Made by a program: the position numbers and the translations under genes. A stretch of 64,000 nt of DNA from an uncultured Fibrobacterota bacterium (GTDB taxonomy: Bacteria > Fibrobacterota > Chitinivibrionia > Chitinivibrionales > FEN-1185), in assembly GCA_963753345.1 (NCBI GenBank), contig CAVWBU010000035.1:128001-192000 (forward strand), read 5' to 3'. Position 1 is the stretch's first letter. Every line of letters starts with the position of its first letter. The notes under the pieces are model-generated. The model was not told the DNA's origin, ran no database searches, and saw only the letters and a list, made by a program, of their open reading frames with translations. Of the stretch, positions 10,496 through 20,776 are shown piece by piece.

Positions 10496-10511
10496 AACCT
10501 TGGGAGGTTCC

Positions 10512-10736
10512 ATGCATTTCAAAATCACCTACTGCGGCATGTGAAATTATCGGCCGCAGGCCGCCGGTCTGGCGGCAGAGCTTAAGAAGAAATTCGGCGC
10601 CGACACCGACCTCGTTGAATCGAGGGGTGGCGTTTTCGAAGTGGAACTTGACGGAAAGCTTATCTTTTCGAAGAAGAAGCTGGAAAGGTTCCCCGACAGC
10701 GGCGAGATCGAAGCGATAGTAAGGAAGTCGGTCTGA
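10512..10736 (+). CDS. SelW/SelT/SelH (Rdx) family selenoprotein, in-frame TGA at 10542-10544
   Basis: GGAGG RBS; MHFKITYCGM-U-NYRPQAAGLAAELKKKFG...GGVFEVELDGKLIFSKKKLERFP; hairpin 15 nt after the TGA. Confidence 0.9.
10560..10576 (+). promoter_or_regulatory. Putative bacterial SECIS hairpin
   Basis: GCCGCC-GGTCT-GGCGGC stem-loop just 3' of the Sec TGA. Confidence 0.6.
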
Positions 10737-10767
10737 ACCGTCACAACGGGCCGGCTTGGCAATCCCC

Positions 10768-11376
10768 ATGGTGCATTACAAAATCCATCCGCAGAACCCG
10801 CAGACGAGGATCCTTGACAAGGCGGTGCATGCGCTCATGCACGAGGACGGCATCTGCGTGTATCCCACCGACACGGTCTACGGGCTGGGCGCCTGCGTCA
10901 CCAACCCCAAGGCCCTCGACAGGATCAGCGCGATAATCGACAAGGAGAAATCGCGGCTGTTTTCCTTTATCTGCTCCGATTTTTCGCAGATGAGCAGGTA
11001 TGTTCTCATCGACAACGCCCATTACAAGCTCATGAAGCATTACCTTCCCGGCCCCTATACGTTTATTCTCCCGGCGACAAGCTACGTGCCGAAGAAGGTG
11101 AGCCCCAAGCGCCGCACTGTGGGCGTGCGGATCCCCGACAACAGGGTGTGCCAGGACCTCGTGCGCATGCTCGGCGAGCCGCTCGCCAACGCGTCATTGA
11201 AACTTTCCGGCGAATTACGGGCCGATCCGGAAATCATCGCCACAGCGATACAGCACGAGGTCGATGTCTTTCTCGACATGGGGCCGCTTGACAATCCGAC
11301 AAGCTCGACGATCGTAGACTTGACTGAGAGAGAACCGGTGGTAGTGAGGATCGGAAAAGGGGAGTGGAGAGGATAA
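10768..11376 (+). CDS. Sua5/YciO/YrdC family protein (YciO-like)
   Basis: IHPQNPQ.R, YPTDTVYGLG, LPGPYTFIL, GVRIPD, STIVDLT. Confidence 0.9.
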   Translation: MVHYKIHPQNPQTRILDKAVHALMHEDGICVYPTDTVYGLGACVTNPKALDRISAIIDKEKSRLFSFICSDFSQMSRYVLIDNAHYKLMKHYLPGPYTFILPATSYVPKKVSPKRRTVGVRIPDNRVCQDLVRMLGEPLANASLKLSGELRADPEIIATAIQHEVDVFLDMGPLDNPTSSTIVDLTEREPVVVRIGKGEWRG

Positions 11377-11390
11377 TACAATAATTCTTT

Positions 11391-11814
11391 GAGGGGGGGA
11401 GGTGTCCCCCTAGGGTGCGGCTTCCGGCGCCTCCTTAACAAATGCGCACAAGAATAGAACTCGGAGGCGCCGGCGATCCGCACCCATACCCCCTCGTGGG
11501 TAGCCCCCAAGGAAGTTTATCAGCAAGAAAGAAACATCAGCTGCGGGGGCGCCGAGAAAGAGAGTTGAAAAGTCAAAGATGAAGCCAGACTGATTTGTTA
11601 TACATATAGATTGGCGTGAGAACAAGTAGTTGACTAAATAGATTCCTCCTGCCGCGCGTTAGGGACGACGGAAGGTGTGCTGGAGCACATTGCCGGCCGA
11701 CCCGGCCGAAGGCATAGGGCGGTCCGGCAACGAGGCTGACCAGCCGAGCCTGGAGGAGAACCGACCCCAAGTAGAGCCGCACGGCCGTGCGGCTCTACTT
11801 GGGGGAACGCCCAA
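11391..11814 (+). repeat. Dispersed structured element, copy 3 (full length; 40-bp perfect palindrome at 11765-11804)
   Basis: All conserved boxes present; terminal hairpin is GTAGAGCCGCACGG/CCGTGCGGCTCTAC. Confidence 0.9.
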
Positions 11815-11852
11815 ATGTTTATCTTATTAATAGAAAAGGGAATCTAGCATTC

Positions 11853-12626
11853 ATGGGAAAAGAACTTGACAGATTTGTGAACATCGTCGCGAAACTCCGC
11901 GCCCCGGGCGGATGCCCGTGGGACCGGGAGCAGAACAACAAGAGCATCCTCTCGTGCCTGCTCGACGAGACGTACGAGTTCTTCGAAGCGGTTGACGAAA
12001 ACGACAACCACAAGATGACCGAAGAGCTGGGCGACCTCCTGTTGCAGGTGGTGCTGCATGCGCAGATCGCGCAGGACGAGGGCCGCTTCGACCTCGAAGA
12101 CGTGGCGCGCGACATCGCCGACAAGCTCATCCGCCGCCATCCCCACGTGTTCGGCGACGTCACGGTCGGCTCGTCGACCGAGGTGATTCACAACTGGGAA
12201 CGGATCAAGAAGGACGAAAAGGAACACCGCAAGTACCTCGTCGACGACATCCCCGACGCACTGCCCGCGCTGTTCAAGGCCGAAAAGATCCAGCGCCGCG
12301 TGGCCAAAGTCGGGTTCGACTGGAAGGACATCGGGCCCGTGCTCGACAAAGTGGAAGAGGAGTTCCGTGAGTTCCGCGAGGCGCTCGTTAAGGGCGACCG
12401 CACCAACGCCGAGGAGGAGCTGGGCGACATCCTGTTCGCGCTCGTCAATGTGGGCCGGCACAACCGAATATCGGCCGAAGACGCCCTGCGCGTGACCGTC
12501 AAGAAATTCGCGAAGCGCTTCCGCTATATCGAAGACCGGTACAAGGAGCTGGGAAAAGACATCCACAAGGCGCCGCTTGCGGAAATGGACACGTTCTGGG
12601 AGGAGAGCAAGAAGAAGGTCGGGTGA
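11853..12626 (+). CDS. mazG: Nucleoside triphosphate pyrophosphohydrolase MazG
   Basis: LRAPGGCPWDREQ, EELGDLLLQV, KLIRRHPHVF and a second EELGDILFA domain. Confidence 0.95.
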   Translation: MGKELDRFVNIVAKLRAPGGCPWDREQNNKSILSCLLDETYEFFEAVDENDNHKMTEELGDLLLQVVLHAQIAQDEGRFDLEDVARDIADKLIRRHPHVFGDVTVGSSTEVIHNWERIKKDEKEHRKYLVDDIPDALPALFKAEKIQRRVAKVGFDWKDIGPVLDKVEEEFREFREALVKGDRTNAEEELGDILFALVNVGRHNRISAEDALRVTVKKFAKRFRYIEDRYKELGKDIHKAPLAEMDTFWEESKKKVG

Positions 12627-12638
12627 GGGGAGAGGACG

Positions 12639-13031
12639 TTGTCGTTCATTTCAATCCCGCGTGAATGGCTCGTGATTGCGGCGGGCATTCTGTCCCTGGC
12701 GCTTGGTGTCGTTTATATCGCAAGGAGCGGAGTCGTGGCGCGCGATTTCAAGCTCGTGCTCTCCGACCATAAGAGAGTACTCACGATGGCGCTTGTAAAC
12801 CAGGGGCTTGGACTGTGCTTCATAGGAGCGTTGGTGATCCTTTCCGCAATCTTGGGAAAAGGAAATACGATCAGCAGGATCGTTGAATGGATGAGCGCGG
12901 GAATGCTGTTTGTGCTTACCTTTGTGACCGCGGCAACAGGCGGACGGGGCGAATACGTGATATTCCGCTTTGGTCAATTAGGGCTGATCGTGGCAGCCAT
13001 CTTGATACTGGTAGGGATGGTACCGCGATGA
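12639..13031 (+). CDS. Four-TM membrane protein
   Basis: Hydrophobic ORF with RBS directly after mazG. Confidence 0.65.
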   Translation: MSFISIPREWLVIAAGILSLALGVVYIARSGVVARDFKLVLSDHKRVLTMALVNQGLGLCFIGALVILSAILGKGNTISRIVEWMSAGMLFVLTFVTAATGGRGEYVIFRFGQLGLIVAAILILVGMVPR

Positions 13032-13268
13032 TCCTATTTTGGGGTTGACGGAATTGGACCCCTTTACAAAATGCGCCCGCAGCCGACGTCGCTTGCATCT
13101 TCGAAAATGTTAACAGAAACAAACGAGTTTACACAAATAATGTGAATTACGGTTGAATGTCTCCCCGCGAGGGGAGAAACAGAGGGGCGATACAATAAGC
13201 ATTTTCCTTGGCGGGTCTAAGGGCCGGCCAGGCCCTTCCATCTCTTGAATTTTGTTTTGACTTTTTAT

Positions 13269-13345
13269 CTACCTCATCCTCCACCCGAACATCACCTTCC
13301 CGTCATTCACCACGTACATCGCCGGATCGCTGGTCCACGCCGCCC
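13269..13345 (-). pseudogene. C-terminal remnant of a paralog of the 15456-16674 protein
   Basis: Encodes AAWTSDPAMYVVNDGKVMFGWRMR* versus AAWTSDPAAYIVNDGNVMFQWRMR* at 15456. Confidence 0.8.
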
Positions 13346-13468
13346 CATTTCCCTTTCAGCAATAATCCGCCCACCGCCCCGTAGTTTATTCTCCGTAAAT
13401 CATCCGCGCTTCCAACATTTTTCCGACCGGGTCCTGCTTTTAGTTTCGTGAGGACGAAAAGACTTCGC

Positions 13469-15439
13469 ATGATTCAACACGCGTTTCTTGCCGGTTTAAT
13501 CTTCATGGTCGGTTCGTCATGGGCCAATACCGATTCTTCCGGAACGGTTCCCGACAAACTTGTCGTTGAAGGCAAGAGGAGCCAGGTATCGGAACGGATC
13601 GCGGTTGAAAAAGAGGAAACCAGGACTGGGCTCACCGACGACATTGACAAATTGCTTGTGCTCAAGCCGGGGGTCACCGGCGTTCCGGAGGCGGGATCGT
13701 CCCTTCTGGTGCATGGCGAAAGTCCGCTTGACAATAAGTTTCTTCTCTACGGCGTCCCCATGTTTGCGCCGTCGCATTTTTCAAACAGCACCTTCTGTGA
13801 CCACAGCGCGACCATGATCTCCACGGTCAATGAGGTCCGGATCGTCACCGACGAACTGGGCGGCCGGTTTTCCGGCGCGTCGGGCTCGGTGATCGCATGC
13901 GATCCCGGCGTGTGCCGGCTTGCGGACCCGCGCCTGATTCCCAGGCCGGAACTCTCCGTCGGCATCGGCGCGCTGTGCCAGGATTTTTCCCTGTCGTTTC
14001 CCGCGCGCAAGGGCGCGGACATCTATCAGCTCTCCTTCACCAACACCGATGCATACAGAATCAGTTTTCAGGGTGTCGAACAACTGAGCTCCCAACAGGC
14101 CGCGCTGGGATATGGAATGCCGGCGACATTCGGCGATCTTGTCTACACGGGCGCGCATGCATGGGGCAAATTTGCGCTCAGGGAATATGCCCTTTATGCG
14201 TACGACAAGTACAAGCCGTCGATCCAGGGCGACGGCATGACCGTGCCGTGGGGCGTCGGCGGTTTGATAGCCGAGGACACCCTTGCAAACGGCATACTCA
14301 AGGTTTCCGCTGGCGGGTCCAGACAGCAATACTACGAGGGGAAAAAATATGGGTTGATAATTCCCCTTGTGCATGCTGAAAGGACAAACGGGATTCTGAG
14401 CGCCAGCCTGTACCGGGTGAAGAGCGGGGCTTCGCTTTACGACGCTGCAGTGCAGGTCGAAGGCCTCGATTGGCAGGGAGAACAGACCATACGCGGGAAC
14501 ACGGGGCCGGACTCCGCGAAGATAATAGCGTCCCCGTTTACAAAGGCGGAAACCGGGAAAGAGGCGGAAGTCACCCTTCATGGCGGCGCACAGCGCGGAT
14601 TCGGCAGGACGGGCGTGGGCGCCAATGTCCTTCTCGGCTGCATAGCGCCATGGTACCGCGCCTATGCCGACCCCGGACTCTGGGCGCGGCTGGAGCTGGA
14701 CAGGTGGTCGGCGGGCGTTTGCGCCGGCATAACGACGACACGGCCCGACATCCGCGGGCTGCCCACGCACGATTACCGCGGCACCCTGCAGAAAACCTAT
14801 TCGGTCTCCGTGAACGGACAGGCCGCGCCCGTGCGCTGGCTCGATGCTGGCGCGGATGCCTATGTCAAGCGGAAGGACCGGTGCGCGGCGCTCTCGCTTG
14901 AGCCGGGAAATCTGGTGTGGGATCCGTCGGTCGAAAGCCCGGTGCTCACCGAAGGCATCAACACGACGCTGGCCCTCAGTCCCGTGGAGCACTGGACCCT
15001 CACCATGCTCCAGGATTTTGCCCGGGCAAACCGCATGTATCCCGGCGGCAGACAGCTCTATGAATGGAACGTGCCCTGGTCGCAGAAGTCAATTCTGCGG
15101 TACAGCGTGCTTTCCGACAGGCTCCAGTTTTTTCTCATCGGCATTTTCTCCGCGGGCCTGCCGTACCGGGACGTCGTCCGGCAGGACTCCAGCGTGACCT
15201 TATCTTCCGATTTTTCCAGGGACTCGACGTACAAGCGGATTGATTTCAAGGTGCAGGTCAACCAGAACATCAAGGACAATCGCCTTCTTACGAGGTATGA
15301 CTGCTATGTTGAGGTGACCAATATTGCCGATTGGACGAACATCAGAGAATACTATTGGGATTCGAACATGGAAAAGCTGCCTGTGTTTCTGGATCGGCTC
15401 GGCATCAACCTGGGTGTTCGGCTGGGTTTCCGGTTTTAG
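13469..15439 (+). CDS. TonB-dependent receptor-like outer membrane protein
   Basis: Signal peptide, plug-like DI...L...PGV..L.V.G....N.FLL.GVP, SAGLPY, Y.RID.K, NI....NI..Y, terminal Phe. Confidence 0.75.
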   Translation: MIQHAFLAGLIFMVGSSWANTDSSGTVPDKLVVEGKRSQVSERIAVEKEETRTGLTDDIDKLLVLKPGVTGVPEAGSSLLVHGESPLDNKFLLYGVPMFAPSHFSNSTFCDHSATMISTVNEVRIVTDELGGRFSGASGSVIACDPGVCRLADPRLIPRPELSVGIGALCQDFSLSFPARKGADIYQLSFTNTDAYRISFQGVEQLSSQQAALGYGMPATFGDLVYTGAHAWGKFALREYALYAYDKYKPSIQGDGMTVPWGVGGLIAEDTLANGILKVSAGGSRQQYYEGKKYGLIIPLVHAERTNGILSASLYRVKSGASLYDAAVQVEGLDWQGEQTIRGNTGPDSAKIIASPFTKAETGKEAEVTLHGGAQRGFGRTGVGANVLLGCIAPWYRAYADPGLWARLELDRWSAGVCAGITTTRPDIRGLPTHDYRGTLQKTYSVSVNGQAAPVRWLDAGADAYVKRKDRCAALSLEPGNLVWDPSVESPVLTEGINTTLALSPVEHWTLTMLQDFARANRMYPGGRQLYEWNVPWSQKSILRYSVLSDRLQFFLIGIFSAGLPYRDVVRQDSSVTLSSDFSRDSTYKRIDFKVQVNQNIKDNRLLTRYDCYVEVTNIADWTNIREYYWDSNMEKLPVFLDRLGINLGVRLGFRF

Positions 15440-15455
15440 AAACGTTCCGTTCCCT

Positions 15456-16674
15456 CTACCGCATCCGCCATTGAAACATTACGTTTCCGTCGTTCACAAT
15501 GTATGCCGCGGGATCGCTGGTCCAGGCCGCCGACCACGGCGGATTGTCCTTTACAGGATAGCCGTCAAGCGGCGTGCGGGCGGTAATGAACCACGGGTTC
15601 TTGGGATCAATGGAAAGCAGCTCGAAGCTGTACTGGTCCTGGGCGGTCTGCGGAATTATACTTATAGATCCAGAAAGCCACGAGATTTCCGTCCTTGGAA
15701 AACTCGAAATGATCGCAGTGCGTGCCTCCGTCAAAAGAAAGCACGGGCATCAACGCAGGCTTGTCTCCTCCCCATGTTGCGACCCAGAGCACACAATCGT
15801 CAAAGCAGTCCGGCGCGGATTCCACCAGGAGCACAAACGGCAATGTCGGATGCACATAGAGCTGGTTGAGCTCGCGAAAGACCTTCCTGCTGTCCTTGAA
15901 TACTTTTGAAAGTGGGTGCTCGACTTCTTTCCCTTTTGTATCGAACGCCTTGACGAGTGCGGTTTTCCTGTCGTACACAAAAAACTTGCCGGATTGAATT
16001 CCCCACAAAAGGTCACGGGGGTCCGAAATTTTGTATATGGTGTCGAGCGTCTTGGGATACTCCTTGCCGCTGCAGTCGCACGTGTAAATCCACCTGATGG
16101 TCTGGTCGGCGCTGTCGCCCGTCTCGATGCCCATGAGCTTTTCGAGTTCGAAAGCAAAGATGTTCTTTTTGGCATCGACGGCAGTGCCGCGCTTGGCGGT
16201 GCAATCGAGATCTCCCGTGACAAGGAAATCCTTGACTCCGTGGTTCTTTGTGTCGAGGAGAGCGAAGCGCCGTGTTTGGGTGTATCCGATCTCCCGGTCG
16301 GAGAATAACGGCAGGAAGGATAGCTGGCCTCCGGAAACCTGCTGGAAATAATCGGCCCGGATTTCCTTGATCGCCAACGCGTCGTACTCGAAAACCACCG
16401 CGCTCGCCGCGTTGTTGAGGTCAAGCGTGGCGACTGCGCCGGGCAGGGGAACGGGAAAAATAAATTTGATCTCTTCCCCGCGGGATTGGGAAGGGATCGC
16501 AAACAGGGTTGCGCGGAGGGGAGCGGATTTCGGCAGAAGAAACGTGCCCTGAGTGTTCATCGCAATGTCTCCTTGAAGCGTGCTCTTTTGTTTGTGAAGA
16601 GGTGCTGCATGCGCCGACGCCGCTGTAAAAGCCGCGGCAACCAGGAAACGGATAATAAAGGGCCAGCTCCTCAT
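15456..16674 (-). CDS. Secreted beta-propeller-like protein, putative immunity protein (one +1 frameshift near 15655)
   Basis: Signal peptide; lies directly downstream of the amidohydrolase; two overlapping ORFs join into one protein. Confidence 0.6.
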
Positions 16675-16689
16675 CTCCGGTCCCGGCGG

Positions 16690-19149
16690 TCAGGCGTTCT
16701 TCTTGAGGACGTCGATTTTCTTTTTCATCCTGCCGACCATCTTGTATCCGTCAATCAGTTTTGCGTCGGTTTCCTTGAGGCCCCAGGAAAGCATCACTTT
16801 TTTTATGTCGTCCCGCAGTGCGAAGAAATCGTAGAACTCGAACGGATTCATCATGCTGAACCGCTGCCAGAGTGTGGGGCTGCCGTGTTTGAGATGCCCC
16901 TTTTTCCGGAGCGCATCGTCGAGTTTGGCGATCTGTTCGACATTTGCGTCGTAGAAGGCGCGATAGTTCTTTCCGTCGATTTCGGTGACGTACCAGTCGG
17001 TGCCGAACATGATCCGGCTGAGCAGATGGGCTCCCTTTTCCGCGCTTTTGTCAAAGACGGACTGAATGGTCGACAGAACCTTGTCGTAGTGCTCTGCAAT
17101 CTGAAAACACGAGATATCGGTGTACAGGTTCGGGTATTTGCCGCAGGTTATCATGTCGACAAGGGTGTCGCGCCAGCTGTAGACAAGCGCGTCGCTCTGC
17201 TTGGCGCCGCTGTTCTTTATCGCGGCGTCCTTGTTCCACCCGGCATATAAAATATCGACGCTGGCGTCGCCGCCGCCGGCGAAATGGGCCAGGCACAGTT
17301 TGAGGCCGCCGCATCCGGGAAGGTCCAAAACTTTCTTCCAGCATTGCGGTGCGGCGATGTTCTCCATGAAGAACTGGGCCTGGGGCGAGACGCCGCCGAT
17401 GGTCGATTGATAAATGCCGTACGATTTGTTCTCCGGGGTCCGTGACGGCTTGGCGCTGCGGTAATAGCCGAGATAGTTCTCCCACTCGTGGGTGCGGTAG
17501 CCGCCCGGGCTGCAATGGGCCAGAATGGGGATTCTTTGTTTCGCGCACTCGGCGTAGAAATTGTTCAGGCGCGGCAAGTGCTCGTCGAGAGGATGATAGC
17601 CGAGCGACGGGTACATCTTGAAGCCGAGGAACGCGCGAGGGGAGTGCCTGGGCTCCGGGTCGGCGCTTGCGGTTTGCAGCAACCGTGAAAACGGAAACTT
17701 CCACGAATTGATCCACCGGCGGGGATCGTAGTGGTACAGGGGGAAAAGTTTCCAGGGATTTTTCATGGCAACGCCGACCGAGCGAGTCATCTGCGTCGGA
17801 TAGTTTTCGAACAGCTTGGTCTCTTCGAGGTACATCCACAGGGCGGGACCCTTGGTGCCGGAGGCGTCTCTGTCGTAGCGGTAATAGCGAAACGAATCAA
17901 ATGACTCCGACTGGACGTTCTGCAGCGCATCGTGGCCGGGTTCGTAATCCGGCGGAAGGGAGGCGTTGTTCTGAACCTCGATACCCTCGGAATTGACAAA
18001 AGAGGACTGAACGTAATAGCGTTTGGTCGCCTTTCGGTACACCGGCAGGCCCTGGTAGCCGTCGAGGTGCGCATATTCCATGTCCATGAGCAGACCGACA
18101 AGAGGATTGAAGGCTGCGGCCTTTCCGGGAATGGCTGCGCAGGCCCTTGCACCGATCACGTCCGTTCCGTTCTTCTGGATCGAAAGCAAATGCGAGAGGT
18201 TGACAATGTCATTTTCGGTGCCCTGGACGATGTTCGCCGCGGTCTCGCAGACCGCGGCGGCGGCTCCCGCAACGGCACTGTTTGCCTGGGTTTCCTCTTT
18301 GACAAGGGCCAGAAACGCCTCGGCGCCGGCATGAAAGGCGGCCTGAACGCCATGGTCGAAAAACGATTGTGCCACGGAGGCCGCGCCCTCGCCGATCGAA
18401 TGGGCGAGCTTTTCAAGGCCGCTTGCGCAGCTGCCGGCGATTCCCGTCACCGTCTGTGCGAGCTTGGCCGCGCCCTCGCTTGCCGAGGAAACCGCGCCGA
18501 TGATCCCCTCGGCGACGCTCGCGGCGAGTTCTATGGTGGAAAGCGCGAGCTTTTCCTGAGGCGTGCTCAGGCGGTATTCGCCGACAACCGGCCCGAGCGA
18601 CTGCGCGGCCTTCGAGACCTGCGCGCGCGCCGTTTCCATTTTCGCGCACACGCGCTGGACCACGGCGTCGAGGTCCGACGCAAGGTCGGCCCCCGCCGAA
18701 AGCTCGTCTTTGACAAACTGTAAGATTCCGCAGACCGTGTCCAGCCCCGTGCGCGACTCCTGCGCGACGATCTTCCGCTGGGTCTGCAGTATGTTTTGCG
18801 CGACGCCGACAAGCATGACCGCGCAGCCGTTTTCGGCGGCGTTGAGCGCAGCGCCGGCTTTCTTGGCCAAGCCGCCGAGCTTCGTCGCGATCGCGGAGAT
18901 CTTCTGCACCTGGTCGCGCACGATCGCGCTGTCGGCAAGCTTTGCAGGCAGGGAATCCGCCGAGGCGTTGATGAGCGACCGGGGAGCGAGCTTGAGCCCC
19001 GGAAGGATCGCCTCCGGCATCTGCGCCCAGGCAACGGGCAGGGGCGAGCAGTTGCCGCTCATGATGTGCATGTGCGCGTCGATGACGCCGCAGGAAGGAA
19101 TGACGAACGTCCGCGCTTCGCCGGTAGGGGCTTTCAGCTTCGTGCTCAT
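16690..19149 (-). CDS. Amidohydrolase (Amidohydro_2-like) with a large Ala-rich insertion, putative secreted effector
   Basis: IDAHMH, GFKMYPSLGY, ILAHCS, LCLAHFAG, YTDIS, IMFGTDW. Confidence 0.8.
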   Translation of the reverse strand: MSTKLKAPTGEARTFVIPSCGVIDAHMHIMSGNCSPLPVAWAQMPEAILPGLKLAPRSLINASADSLPAKLADSAIVRDQVQKISAIATKLGGLAKKAGAALNAAENGCAVMLVGVAQNILQTQRKIVAQESRTGLDTVCGILQFVKDELSAGADLASDLDAVVQRVCAKMETARAQVSKAAQSLGPVVGEYRLSTPQEKLALSTIELAASVAEGIIGAVSSASEGAAKLAQTVTGIAGSCASGLEKLAHSIGEGAASVAQSFFDHGVQAAFHAGAEAFLALVKEETQANSAVAGAAAAVCETAANIVQGTENDIVNLSHLLSIQKNGTDVIGARACAAIPGKAAAFNPLVGLLMDMEYAHLDGYQGLPVYRKATKRYYVQSSFVNSEGIEVQNNASLPPDYEPGHDALQNVQSESFDSFRYYRYDRDASGTKGPALWMYLEETKLFENYPTQMTRSVGVAMKNPWKLFPLYHYDPRRWINSWKFPFSRLLQTASADPEPRHSPRAFLGFKMYPSLGYHPLDEHLPRLNNFYAECAKQRIPILAHCSPGGYRTHEWENYLGYYRSAKPSRTPENKSYGIYQSTIGGVSPQAQFFMENIAAPQCWKKVLDLPGCGGLKLCLAHFAGGGDASVDILYAGWNKDAAIKNSGAKQSDALVYSWRDTLVDMITCGKYPNLYTDISCFQIAEHYDKVLSTIQSVFDKSAEKGAHLLSRIMFGTDWYVTEIDGKNYRAFYDANVEQIAKLDDALRKKGHLKHGSPTLWQRFSMMNPFEFYDFFALRDDIKKVMLSWGLKETDAKLIDGYKMVGRMKKKIDVLKKNA

Positions 19150-19213
19150 CGGACAATACCCTTGTTCCCGCAAAGAAACGTGTTTGCAGGGGGTTGAAAA
19201 AGTCTTCTTCATG

Positions 19214-19306
19214 CCGTTCATGGTTCGACACGCTCACCACGAACGGTAAGTTTGTTAAAATTTCGCCACTGAACCGCTCGCCCTGAGCGTGTCGAAGGGC
19301 GAGCGA
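19214..19306. repeat. Inverted REP-like doublet (CCGTTCATGGTTCGACACGCTCACCACGAACGG / CCGCTCGCCCTGAGCGTGTCGAAGGGCGAGCG)
   Basis: Two inverted palindromic units; a related unit lies near 49312-49370. Confidence 0.7.
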
Positions 19307-19325
19307 CAAGTTTTTGAACAGCCTG

Positions 19326-20216
19326 TCAAGACTGTTGTTCGTCTTCGTCCGCAAATTCGACGTCGCACGGGCCAGGAGGAACATCGTCTGCGCGGCAGCG
19401 GCCGTCCTTGTCGAGCGTGATCGATTTCGTCGTGCCGTCCGCAAACGTAACGTTGGCTTTGTAGTCGGCATAGGGCGCACCGTATTCGTCGGTAAACACA
19501 AAATCCGCGAAGTCCCGGAACACGAGCAGTCCGGATTCCCGGTTCACGCCGATTCGTATTCCGTCGAGTGCAACAATGAAAAAGTATTGCGGAGCAGCAT
19601 AGTGTTTTTTGTGTTTGGAAAGCTCTTTCTCGGTGAGGATGCCGTCGGTGCGGTCCGCGTAGGCAAAATGCCACTGCAGTTCGATCTTCATGCCCGAAAC
19701 CTTGGCGGGGATCGAGGTGACCGGGCGGTCCGCGGCATTGGGGTCGTGCTCCTTGACAAGCACAACCGCCTCGTCTCCGTCGGCCGCGCCGCCGTCGAAT
19801 TCGCAGGTGAGCGTGACGTCGTCGCCGCGACGCACCGTGTCCCTGTCCCATTTCATGCTTTTCACGCTCGGCCGGGGCTTCACCGGTATCCGGTTGGATT
19901 CGGCCGTAAGGCCGTGTTTGGGCAGCTTTGCCTCAAAGTAAATTAGGTCGCCGATGTCGACCTTGTCCGGGATGTCAAGCTCGCCCGTATATTCGTTCTG
20001 CTTAATTTTGCCGGTTGCCGTGCCGAGCTTCGTGCCGTTTTCGCTTTTTTCGGTGATTTGGATCTGCGCTCCATCACCCACGAAGGATGTTTTCACCTGT
20101 AATGGTGCCGTGCCGCCGGCGCGGCCTGCGCCGGATAGCCACAGGGCCGAGACAAGGTTTCCCTTGAGGGAAATTTTGTGCTTTGCGTTGGTGGACTTGG
20201 TGTAGGTTGCAGCCAT
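19326..20216 (-). CDS. Hypothetical Ig/transthyretin-like protein resembling the PAAR C-terminal extension
   Basis: Aligns by eye with the C-terminal half of 34895-35983. Confidence 0.7.
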   Translation of the reverse strand: MAATYTKSTNAKHKISLKGNLVSALWLSGAGRAGGTAPLQVKTSFVGDGAQIQITEKSENGTKLGTATGKIKQNEYTGELDIPDKVDIGDLIYFEAKLPKHGLTAESNRIPVKPRPSVKSMKWDRDTVRRGDDVTLTCEFDGGAADGDEAVVLVKEHDPNAADRPVTSIPAKVSGMKIELQWHFAYADRTDGILTEKELSKHKKHYAAPQYFFIVALDGIRIGVNRESGLLVFRDFADFVFTDEYGAPYADYKANVTFADGTTKSITLDKDGRCRADDVPPGPCDVEFADEDEQQS

Positions 20217-20237
20217 AGAAGTATGCGAAGCTCCAGG

Positions 20238-20670
20238 CTATTCCGACTCGACAAGGGCGAGACTTTCAACAATCCTGTCAACGGCATCGGCAACGGTCTG
20301 GATCGTTGCTTTTGAGAAGGTCGACGTGAAGACATAACCCCTGCCGCCGTCGATGATGAAGTACTGCTTCTGATAATACGTCACCAGATCGGCGGGCGTG
20401 TATTGGTATACGGCCACGTACATCCGGCGGCCCGACGGGATGTCGCGCTCCGTCTCGGAAAGCATCTCGAACGCGGGAAGCGCCTTTGCGGAAAGGGAAA
20501 GCTGGTTCCGGGCGAATTCGGCCAGTGTTGCCTTTCTGTCAAGCTCCGGCAGAATCGAGAGCACCAGGTTGTGCTGAACGCCGCTGTCAAGCGGGCCCTC
20601 AAAGGTGTGGACCGTGGTTTCCTTCCAACCCTCAGGGAAGGTCAAGGCGGAAAAGCGAGTTTGAGGGCAT
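20238..20670 (-). CDS. DcrB/DUF1795 (EagR-like) T6SS adaptor family (frameshift near 20632)
   Basis: ATG at 20670 gives MPSNSLFRLDLP and, after one extra base, EGWKETTVHTF; YYQKQYFI...YVFTST. Confidence 0.7.
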
Positions 20671-20776
20671 GGCGGAGCTTTCTCCTTGGATAAGCTTGTA
20701 AAGTACAGTTTCAAAATAGCAATCGCAGGGAAGGGATAACAATAGTAAAATATTTGCGGATAATTATGATGTTGTT

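Noticed and set aside
5882-15530. DGR template/variable repeat pairs (5882/7827 and 13269/15456)
   Set aside because: Differences are mostly synonymous and not adenine-specific, and there is no reverse transcriptase in the window.
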